Assembly: GCA_032718475.1 (NCBI GenBank)
Contig: JAUCBJ010004544.1
Coordinates: 1-32,992 of the forward strand
Source of the DNA: Nemertoderma westbladi
Taxonomy: Eukaryota > Animalia > Xenacoelomorpha
Direction: 5' to 3'
DNA length: 32,992 bases
The translations under genes were made by a program, and so were the position numbers. This document shows, in pieces, positions 15,001-27,000 of this stretch (position 1 is its first letter; each line of letters starts with the position of its first letter). The notes below the pieces were generated by a model, which worked only from the letters and a program-made list of their open reading frames with translations, ran no database searches and was not told the origin of the DNA.

Positions 15001-18000
15001 ACATCGTGTACCCTCACGGGATAGGAGAGTGAGTCTGAGTTAATAATAATACATCGTGTACCCTCACGGGATAGGAGAGTGAGTCTGAGTTAATAATAAT
15101 AATAATACATCGTGTACCCTCACGGGATAGGAGAGTGAGTCTGAATTAATAATAATAATAATACATCGTGTACCCTCACGGGATAGGAGAGTGAGTCTGG
15201 ATTAATAATAATAATAATACATCGTGTACCCTCACGGGATAGGAGAGTGAGTCTGAATTAATAATAATAATAATACATCGTGTACCCTCACGGGATAGGA
15301 GAGTGAGTCTGAGTTAATAATAATAATAATACATCGTGTACCCTCACGGGATAGGAGAGTGAGTCTGAATTAATAATAATAATAATACATCGTGTACCCT
15401 CACGGGATAGGAGAGTGAGTCTGAATTAATAATAATAATAATACATCGTGTACCCTCACGGGATAGGAGAGTGAGTCTGAATTAATAATAATAATAATAC
15501 ATCGTGTACCCTCACGGGATAGGAGAGTGAGTCTGAATTAATAATAATAATAATACATCGTGTACCCTCACGGGATAGGAGAGTGAGTCTGAGTTAATAA
15601 TAATACATCGTGTACCCTCACGGGATAGGAGAGTGAGTCTGAGTTAATAATAATACATCGTGTACCCTCACGGGATAGGAGAGTGAGTCTGAGTTAATAA
15701 TAATACATCGTGTACCCTCACGGGATAGGAGAGTGAGTCTGAGTTAATAATAATACATCGTGTACCCTCACGGGATAGGAGAGTGAGTCTGAGTTAATAA
15801 TAATAATAATACATCGTGTACCCTCACGGGATAGGAGAGTGAGTCTGAGTTAATAATAATAATAATACATCGTGTACCCTCACGGGATAGGAGAGTGAGT
15901 CTGAATTAATAATAATACATCGTGTACCCTCACGGGATAGGAGAGTGAGTCTGAATTAATAATAATACATCGTGTACCCTCACGGGATAGGAGAGTGAGT
16001 CTGGATTAATAATAATAATACATCGTGTACCCTCACGGGATAGGAGAGTGAGTCTGGATTAATAATAATAATAATACATCGTGTACCCTCACGGGATAGG
16101 AGAGTGAGTCTGGATTAATAATAATAATACATCGTGTACCCTCACGGGATAGGAGAGTGAGTCTGAGTTAATAATAATACATCGTGTACCCTCACGGGAT
16201 AGGAGAGTGAGTCTGGATTAATAATAATAATAATACATCGTGTACCCTCACGGATAGGAGAGTGAGTCTGAATTAATAATAATAATACATCGTGTACCCT
16301 CACGGGATAGGAGAGTGAGTCTGAATTAATAATAATAATACATCGTGTACCCTCACGGGATAGGAGAGTGAGTCTGAGTTAATAATAATAAATAATACAT
16401 CGTGTACCCTCACGAGATAGGAGAGTGAGTCTGAATTAATAATAATAATACATCGTGTACCCTCACGGGATAGGAGAGTGAGTCTGAATTAATAATAATA
16501 ATAATACATCGTGTACCCTCACGGGATAGGAGAGTGAGTCTGAATTAATAATAATAATAATACATCGTGTACCCTCACGGGATAGGAGAGTGAGTCTGAA
16601 TTAATAATAATAATAATACATCGTGTACCCTCACGGGATAGGAGAGTGAGTCTGGATTAATAATAATACATCGTGTACCCTCACGGGATAGGAGAGTGAG
16701 TCTGAATTAATAATAATAATAATACATCGTGTACCCTCACGGGATAGGAGAGTGAGTCTGAATTAATAATAATAATAATACATCGTGTACCCTCACGGGA
16801 TAGGAGAGTGAGTCTGAATTAATAATAATACATCGTGTACCCTCACGGGATAGGAGAGTGAGTCTGAGTTAATAATAATACATCGTGTACCCTCACGGGA
16901 TAGGAGAGTGAGTCTGAATTAATAATAATACATCGTGTACCCTCACGGGATAGGAGAGTGAGTCTGGATTAATAATAATAATAATACATCGTGTACCCTC
17001 ACGGGATAGGAGAGTGAGTCTGGATTAATAATAATAATACATCGTGTACCCTCACGGGATAGGAGAGTGAGTCTGGATTAATAATAATACATCGTGTACC
17101 CTCACGGGATAGGAGAGTGAGTCTGAGTTAATAATAATAATAATAATACATCGTGTACCCTCACGGGATAGGAGAGTGAGTCTGAGTTAATAATAATAAT
17201 AATACATCGTGTACCCTCACGGGATAGGAGAGTGAGTCTGAATTAATAATAATAATAATACATCGTGTACCCTCACGGGATAGGAGAGTGAGTCTGAGTT
17301 AATAATAATACATCGTGTACCCTCACGGGATAGGAGAGTGAGTCTGAGTTAATAATAATACATCGTGTACCCTCACGGGATAGGAGAGTGAGTCTGAGTT
17401 AATAATAATACATCGTGTACCCTCACGGGATAGGAGAGTGAGTCTGAATTAATAATAATAATAATACATCGTGTACCCTCACGGGATAGGAGAGTGAGTC
17501 TGAGTTAATAATAATACATCGTGTACCCTCACGGGATAGGAGAGTGAGTCTGAATTAATAATAATAATAATACATCGTGTACCCTCACGGGATAGGAGAG
17601 TGAGTCTGAGTTAATAATAATACATCGTGTACCCTCACGGGATAGGAGAGTGAGTCTGAATTAATAATAATAATAATACATCGTGTACCCTCACGGGATA
17701 GGAGAGTGAGTCTGAATTAATAATAATAATACATCGTGTACCCTCACGGGATAGGAGAGTGAGTCTGAATTAATAATAATAATAATACATCGTGTACCCT
17801 CACGGGATAGGAGAGTGAGTCTGAGTTAATAATAATAATAATACATCGTGTACCCTCACGGGATAGGAGAGTGAGTCTGAATTAATAATAATAATACATC
17901 GTGTACCCTCACGGGATAGGAGAGTGAGTCTGAATTAATAATAATAATAATACATCGTGTACCCTCACGGGATAGGAGAGTGAGTCTGAATTAATAATAA

Positions 18001-21000
18001 TAATACATCGTGTACCCTCACGGGATAGGAGAGTGAGTCTGAATTAATAATAATAATAATACATCGTGTACCCTCACGGGATAGGAGAGTGAGTCTGAGT
18101 TAATAATAATAATAATACATCGTGTACCCTCACGGGATAGGAGAGTGAGTCTGAATTAATAATAATAATAATACATCGTGTACCCTCACGGGATAGGAGA
18201 GTGAGTCTGAGTATAATAATAATAATACATCGTGTACCCTCACGGGATAGGAGAGTGAGTCTGAATTAATAATAATAATAATACATCGTGTACCCTCACG
18301 GGATAGGAGAGTGAGTCTGAATTAATAATAATAATACATCGTGTACCCTCACGGGATAGGAGAGTGAGTCTGGATTAATAATAATACATCGTGTACCCTC
18401 ACGGGATAGGAGAGTGAGTCTGAATTAATAATAATAATAATACATCGTGTACCCTCACGGGATAGGAGAGTGAGTCTGAATTAATAATAATAATAATACA
18501 TCGTGTACCCTCACGGGATAGGAGAGTGAGTCTGAGTTAATAATAATAATAATACATCGTGTACCCTCACGGGATAGGAGAGTGAGTCTGAATTAATAAT
18601 AATAATAATACATCGTGTACCCTCACGGGATAGGAGAGTGAGTCTGAATTAATAATAATAATACATCGTGTACCCTCACGGGATAGGAGAGTGAGTCTGA
18701 TTAATAATAATACATCGTGTACCCTCACGGGATAGGAGAGTGAGTCTGAATTAATAATAATAATAATACATCGTGTACCCTCACGGGATAGGAGAGTGAG
18801 TCTGAATTAATAATAATAATACATCGTGTACCCTCACGGGATAGGAGAGTGAGTCTGAGTTAATAATAATAATAATACATCGTGTACCCTCACGGGATAG
18901 GAGAGTGAGTCTGAATTAATAATAATAATACATCGTGTACCCTCACGGGATAGGAGAGTGAGTCTGAATTAATAATAATAATACATCGTGTACCCTCACG
19001 GGATAGGAGAGTGAGTCTGAATTAATAATAATAATACATCGTGTACCCTCACGGGATAGGAGAGTGAGTCTGAATTAATAATAATAATAATACATCGTGT
19101 ACCCTCACGGGATAGGAGAGTGAGTCTGAGTATAATAATAATACATCGTGTACCCTCACGGGATAGGAGAGTGAGTCTGAATTAATAATAATAATACATC
19201 GTGTACCCTCACGGGATAGGAGAGTGAGTCTGAATTAATAATAATAATACATCGTGTACCCTCACGGGATAGGAGAGTGAGTCTGAATTAATATAATAAT
19301 ACATCGTGTACCCTCACGGGATAGGAGAGTGAGTCTGAATTAATAATAATAATACATCGTGTACCCTCACGGGATAGGAGAGTGAGTCTGAATTAATAAT
19401 AATAATAATACATCGTGTACCCTCACGGGATAGGAGAGTGAGTCTGAATTAATAATAATAATAATACATCGTGTACCCTCACGGGATAGGAGAGTGAGTC
19501 TGAATTAATAATAATAATACATCGTGTACCCTCACGGGATAGGAGAGTGAGTCTGAATTAATAATAATAATAATACATCGTGTACCCTCACGGGATAGGA
19601 GAGTGAGTCTGAATTAATAATAATACATCGTGTACCCTCACGGGATAGGAGAGTGAGTCTGAATTAATAATAATAATACATCGTGTACCCTCACGGGATA
19701 GGAGAGTGAGTCTGAATTAATATAATAATAATACATCGTGTACCCTCACGGGATAGGAGAGTGAGTCTGAGTTAATAATAATACATCGTGTACCCTCACG
19801 GGATAGGAGAGTGAGTCTGAATTAATAATAATAATACATCGTGTACCCTCACGGGATAGGAGAGTGAGTCTGAATTAATAATAATAATACATCGTGTACC
19901 CTCACGGGATAGGAGAGTGAGTCTGAATTAATAATAATAATAATACATCGTGTACCCTCACGGGATAGGAGAGTGAGTCTGAGTTAATAATAATACATCG
20001 TGTACCCTCACGGGATAGGAGAGTGAGTCTGAATTAATAATAATAATACATCGTGTACCCTCACGGGATAGGAGAGTGAGTCTGAATTAATAATAATAAT
20101 ACATCGTGTACCCTCACGGGATAGGAGAGTGAGTCTGAATTAATAATAATAATACATCGTGTACCCTCACGGGATAGGAGAGTGAGTCTGAGTTAATAAT
20201 AATAATACATCGTGTACCCTCACGGGATAGGAGAGTGAGTCTGAATTAATAATAATACATCGTGTACCCTCACGGGATAGGAGAGTGAGTCTGAATTAAT
20301 AATAATACATCGTGTACCCTCACGGGATAGGAGAGTGAGTCTGAGTTAATAATAATAATAATACATCGTGTACCCTCACGGGATAGGAGAGTGAGTCTGA
20401 ATTAATAATAATAATACATCGTGTACCCTCACGGGATAGGAGAGTGAGTCTGAATTAATAATAATAATACATCGTGTACCCTCACGGGATAGGAGAGTGA
20501 GTCTGAATTAATAATAATAATAATACATCGTGTACCCTCACGGGATAGGAGAGTGAGTCTGAATTAATAATAATAATACATCGTGTACCCTCACGGGATA
20601 GGAGAGTGAGTCTGAATTAATAATAATAATAATACATCGTGTACCCTCACGGGATAGGAGAGTGAGTCTGATTAATAATAATAATAATACATCGTGTACC
20701 CTCACGGGATAGGAGAGTGAGTCTGAATTAATAATAATAATAATACATCGTGTACCCTCACGGGATAGGAGAGTGAGTCTGAATTAATAATAATAATATA
20801 CATCGTGTACCCTCACGGGATAGGAGAGTGAGTCTGATTAATAATAATAATAATACATCGTGTACCCTCACGGGATAGGAGAGTGAGTCTGATTAATAAT
20901 AATAATAATACATCGTGTACCCTCACGGGATAGGAGAGTGAGTCTGATTTAATAATAATAATACATCGTGTACCCTCACGGGATAGGAGAGTGAGTCTGA

Positions 21001-24000
21001 ATTAATAATAATAATAATACATCGTGTACCCTCACGGGATAGGAGAGTGAGTCTGAATTAATAATAATAATAATACATCGTGTACCCTCACGGGATAGGA
21101 GAGTGAGTCTGAATTAATAATAATAATAATACATCGTGTACCCTCACGGGATAGGAGAGTGAGTCTGAATTAATAATAATAATAATACATCGTGTACCCT
21201 CACGGGATAGGAGAGTGAGTCTGAATTAATAATAATAATAATACATCGTGTACCCTCACGGGATAGGAGAGTGAGTCTGAATTAATAATAATAATACATC
21301 GTGTACCCTCACGGGATAGGAGAGTGAGTCTGAGTTAATAATAATACATCGTGTACCCTCACGGGATAGGAGAGTGAGTCTGAATTAATAATAATAATAC
21401 ATCGTGTACCCTCACGGGATAGGAGAGTGAGTCTGAATTAATAATAATAATACATCGTGTACCCTCACGGGATAGGAGAGTGAGTCTGAATTAATAATAA
21501 TAATAATACATCGTGTACCCTCACGGGATAGGAGAGTGAGTCTGAATTAATATAATAATAATACATCGTGTACCCTCACGGGATAGGAGAGTGAGTCTGA
21601 ATTAATAATAATAATACATCGTGTACCCTCACGGGATAGGAGAGTGAGTCTGAATTAATAATAATAATAATACATCGTGTACCCTCACGGGATAGGAGAG
21701 TGAGTCTGAGTTAATAATAATAATAATACATCGTGTACCCTCACGGGATAGGAGAGTGAGTCTGAATTAATAATAATAATAATACATCGTGTACCCTCAC
21801 GGGATAGGAGAGTGAGTCTGAATTAATAATAATACATCGTGTACCCTCACGGGATAGGAGAGTGAGTCTGAGTTAATAATAATAATAATACATCGTGTAC
21901 CCTCACGGGATAGGAGAGTGAGTCTGAGTTAATAATAATACATCGTGTACCCTCACGGGATAGGAGAGTGAGTCTGAGTTAATAATAATAATAATACATC
22001 GTGTACCCTCACGGGATAGGAGAGTGAGTCTGAATTAATAATAATAATAATACATCGTGTACCCTCACGGGATAGGAGAGTGAGTCTGAGTTAATAATAA
22101 TAATAATACATCGTGTACCCTCACGGGATAGGAGAGTGAGTCTGAGTTAATAATAATAATAATACATCGTGTACCCTCACGGGATAGGAGAGTGAGTCTG
22201 ATTAATAATAATAATAATACATCGTGTACCCTCACGGGATAGGAGAGTGAGTCTGAATTAATAATAATAATAATACATCGTGTACCCTCACGGGATAGGA
22301 GAGTGAGTCTGAGTTAATAATAATACATCGTGTACCCTCACGGGATAGGAGAGTGAGTCTGAGTTAATAATAATAATAATACATCGTGTACCCTCACGGG
22401 ATAGGAGAGTGAGTCTGAATTAATAATAATAATACATCGTGTACCCTCACGGGATAGGAGAGTGAGTCTGATTAATAATAATAATAATACATCGTGTACC
22501 CTCACGGGATAGGAGAGTGAGTCTGAATTAATAATAATACATCGTGTACCCTCACGGGATAGGAGAGTGAGTCTGAGTTAATAATAATAATACATCGTGT
22601 ACCCTCACGGGATAGGAGAGTGAGTCTGAATTAATAATAATACATCGTGTACCCTCACGGGATAGGAGAGTGAGTCTGAGTTAATAATAATAATAATACA
22701 TCGTGTACCCTCACGGGATAGGAGAGTGAGTCTGAATTAATAATAATAATAATACATCGTGTACCCTCACGGGATAGGAGAGTGAGTCTGAATTAATAAT
22801 AATAATAATACATCGTGTACCCTCACGGGATAGGAGAGTGAGTCTGATTAATAATAATAATAATACATCGTGTACCCTCACGGGATAGGAGAGTGAGTCT
22901 GAATTAATAATAATAATAATACATCGTGTACCCTCACGGGATAGGAGAGTGAGTCTGATAATAATAATAATAATACATCGTGTACCCTCACGGGATAGGA
23001 GAGTGAGTCTGATTAATAATAATAATAATACATCGTGTACCCTCACGGGATAGGAGAGTGAGTCTGAATTAATAATAATAATAATACATCGTGTACCCTC
23101 ACGGGATAGGAGAGTGAGTCTGAATTAATAATAATAATAATACATCGTGTACCCTCACGGGATAGGAGAGTGAGTCTGATTAATAATAATAATAATACAT
23201 CGTGTACCCTCACGGGATAGGAGAGTGAGTCTGAATTAATAATAATAATAATACATCGTGTACCCTCACGGGATAGGAGAGTGAGTCTGATTAATAATAA
23301 TAATAATACATCGTGTACCCTCACGGGATAGGAGAGTGAGTCTGAATTAATAATAATAATAATACATCGTGTACCCTCACGGGATAGGAGAGTGAGTCTG
23401 ATTAATAATAATAATAATACATCGTGTACCCTCACGGGATAGGAGAGTGAGTCTGAATTAATAATAATAATAATACATCGTGTACCCTCACGGGATAGGA
23501 GAGTGAGTCTGATTAATAATAATAATAATACATCGTGTACCCTCACGGGATAGGAGAGTGAGTCTGATTAATAATAATAATAATACATCGTGTACCCTCA
23601 CGGGATAGGAGAGTGAGTCTGAATTAATAATAATAATACATCGTGTACCCTCACGGGATAGGAGAGTGAGTCTGAATTAATAATAATAATAATACATCGT
23701 GTACCCTCACGGGATAGGAGAGTGAGTCTGAATTAATAATAATAATAATACATCGTGTACCCTCACGGGATAGGAGAGTGAGTCTGAATTAATAATAATA
23801 ATAATACATCGTGTACCCTCACGGGATAGGAGAGTGAGTCTGAATTAATAATAATAATAATACATCGTGTACCCTCACGGGATAGGAGAGTGAGTCTGAT
23901 TAATAATAATAATAATACATCGTGTACCCTCACGGGATAGGAGAGTGAGTCTGAATTAATAATAATAATAATACATCGTGTACCCTCACGGGATAGGAGA

Positions 24001-27000
24001 GTGAGTCTGAATTAATAATAATACATCGTGTACCCTCACGGGATAGGAGAGTGAGTCTGAATTAATAATAATAATAATACATCGTGTACCCTCACGGGAT
24101 AGGAGAGTGAGTCTGATTAATAATAATAATAATACATCGTGTACCCTCACGGGATAGGAGAGTGAGTCTGAATTAATAATAATAATAATACATCGTGTAC
24201 CCTCACGGGATAGGAGAGTGAGTCTGATTAATAATAATAATAATACATCGTGTACCCTCACGGGATAGGAGAGTGAGTCTGAATTAATAATAATAATAAT
24301 ACATCGTGTACCCTCACGGGATAGGAGAGTGAGTCTGATTAATAATAATAATAATACATCGTGTACCCTCACGGGATAGGAGAGTGAGTCTGAATTAATA
24401 ATAATAATAATACATCGTGTACCCTCACGGGATAGGAGAGTGAGTCTGGATTAATAATAATAATAATACATCGTGTACCCTCACGGGATAGGAGAGTGAG
24501 TCTGAATTAATAATAATAATAATACATCGTGTACCCTCACGGGATAGGAGAGTGAGTCTGAATTAATAATAATAATAATACATCGTGTACCCTCACGGGA
24601 TAGGAGAGTGAGTCTGAGTTAATAATAATAATAATACATCGTGTACCCTCACGGGATAGGAGAGTGAGTCTGAATTAATAATAATACATCGTGTACCCTC
24701 ACGGGATAGGAGAGTGAGTCTGAATTAATAATAATACATCGTGTACCCTCACGGGATAGGAGAGTGAGTCTGGATTAATAATAATAATAATACATCGTGT
24801 ACCCTCACGGGATAGGAGAGTGAGTCTGAGTTAATAATAATAATAATACATCGTGTACCCTCACGAGATAGGAGAGTGAGTCTGAATTAATAATAATACA
24901 TCGTGTACCCTCACGGGATAGGAGAGTGAGTCTGAATTAATAATAATACATCGTGTACCCTCACGGGATAGGAGAGTGAGTCTGATTAATAATAATAATA
25001 ATACATCGTGTACCCTCACGGGATAGGAGAGTGAGTCTGAATTAATAATAATAATAATACATCGTGTACCCTCACGGGATAGGAGAGTGAGTCTGAATTA
25101 ATAATAATAATAATACATCGTGTACCCTCACGGGATAGGAGAGTGAGTCTGGATTAATAATAATAATAATACATCGTGTACCCTCACGGGATAGGAGAGT
25201 GAGTCTGAATTAATAATAATAATAATACATCGTGTACCCTCACGGGATAGGAGAGTGAGTCTGAATTAATAATAATACATCGTGTACCCTCACGGGATAG
25301 GAGAGTGAGTCTGAATTAATAATAATAATAATACATCGTGTACCCTCACGGGATAGGAGAGTGAGTCTGAATTAATAATAATACATCGTGTACCCTCACG
25401 GGATAGGAGAGTGAGTCTGAATTAATAATAATAATAATACATCGTGTACCCTCACGGGATAGGAGAGTGAGTCTGAGTTAATAATAATAATAATACATCG
25501 TGTACCCTCACGGGATAGGAGAGTGAGTCTGAATTAATAATAATACATCGTGTACCCTCACGGGATAGGAGAGTGAGTCTGAATTAATAATAATAATAAT
25601 ACATCGTGTACCCTCACGGGATAGGAGAGTGAGTCTGAGTTAATAATAATACATCGTGTACCCTCACGGGATAGGAGAGTGAGTCTGGATTAATAATAAT
25701 ACATCGTGTACCCTCACGGGATAGGAGAGTGAGTCTGGATTAATAATAATACATCGTGTACCCTCACGGGATAGGAGAGTGAGTCTGAATTAATAATAAT
25801 AATAATACATCGTGTACCCTCACGGGATAGGAGAGTGAGTCTGAGTTAATAATAATACATCGTGTACCCTCACGGGATAGGAGAGTGAGTCTGGATTAAT
25901 AATAATACATCGTGTACCCTCACGGGATAGGAGAGTGAGTCTGAATTAATAATAATAATAATACATCGTGTACCCTCACGGGATAGGAGAGTGAGTCTGA
26001 ATTAATAATAATAATAATACATCGTGTACCCTCACGGGATAGGAGAGTGAGTCTGAGTTAATAATAATACATCGTGTACCCTCACGGGATAGGAGAGTGA
26101 GTCTGGATTAATAATAATACATCGTGTACCCTCACGGGATAGGAGAGTGAGTCTGAATTAATAATAATAATAATACATCGTGTACCCTCACGGGATAGGA
26201 GAGTGAGTCTGAGTTAATAATAATACATCGTGTACCCTCACGGGATAGGAGAGTGAGTCTGAATTAATAATAATACATCGTGTACCCTCACGGGATAGGA
26301 GAGTGAGTCTGAATTAATAATAATAATAATACATCGTGTACCCTCACGGGATAGGAGAGTGAGTCTGAGTTAATAATAATACATCGTGTACCCTCACGGG
26401 ATAGGAGAGTGAGTCTGAATTAATAATAATAATAATACATCGTGTACCCTCACGGGATAGGAGAGTGAGTCTGAGTTAATAATAATACATCGTGTACCCT
26501 CACGGGATAGGAGAGTGAGTCTGAGTTAATAATAATAATAATACATCGTGTACCCTCACGGGATAGGAGAGTGAGTCTGAATTAATAATAATAATAATAC
26601 ATCGTGTACCCTCACGGGATAGGAGAGTGAGTCTGAGTTAATAATAATACATCGTGTACCCTCACGGGATAGGAGAGTGAGTCTGAGTTAATAATAATAA
26701 TAATACATCGTGTACCCTCACGGGATAGGAGAGTGAGTCTGAATTAATAATAATAATAATACATCGTGTACCCTCACGGGATAGGAGAGTGAGTCTGAGT
26801 TAATAATAATACATCGTGTACCCTCACGGGATAGGAGAGTGAGTCTGAATTAATAATAATACATCGTGTACCCTCACGGGATAGGAGAGTGAGTCTGAAT
26901 TAATAATAATAATAATACATCGTGTACCCTCACGGGATAGGAGAGTGAGTCTGAGTTAATAATAATACATCGTGTACCCTCACGGGATAGGAGAGTGAGT

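Noticed and set aside
9419-24372. Four minus-strand ORFs (9419-9688, 22711-23046, 23043-23546, 23986-24372)
   Set aside because: These are translations of the repeat with GTG starts. They are open only where single-base indels shift the frame past the TGA.
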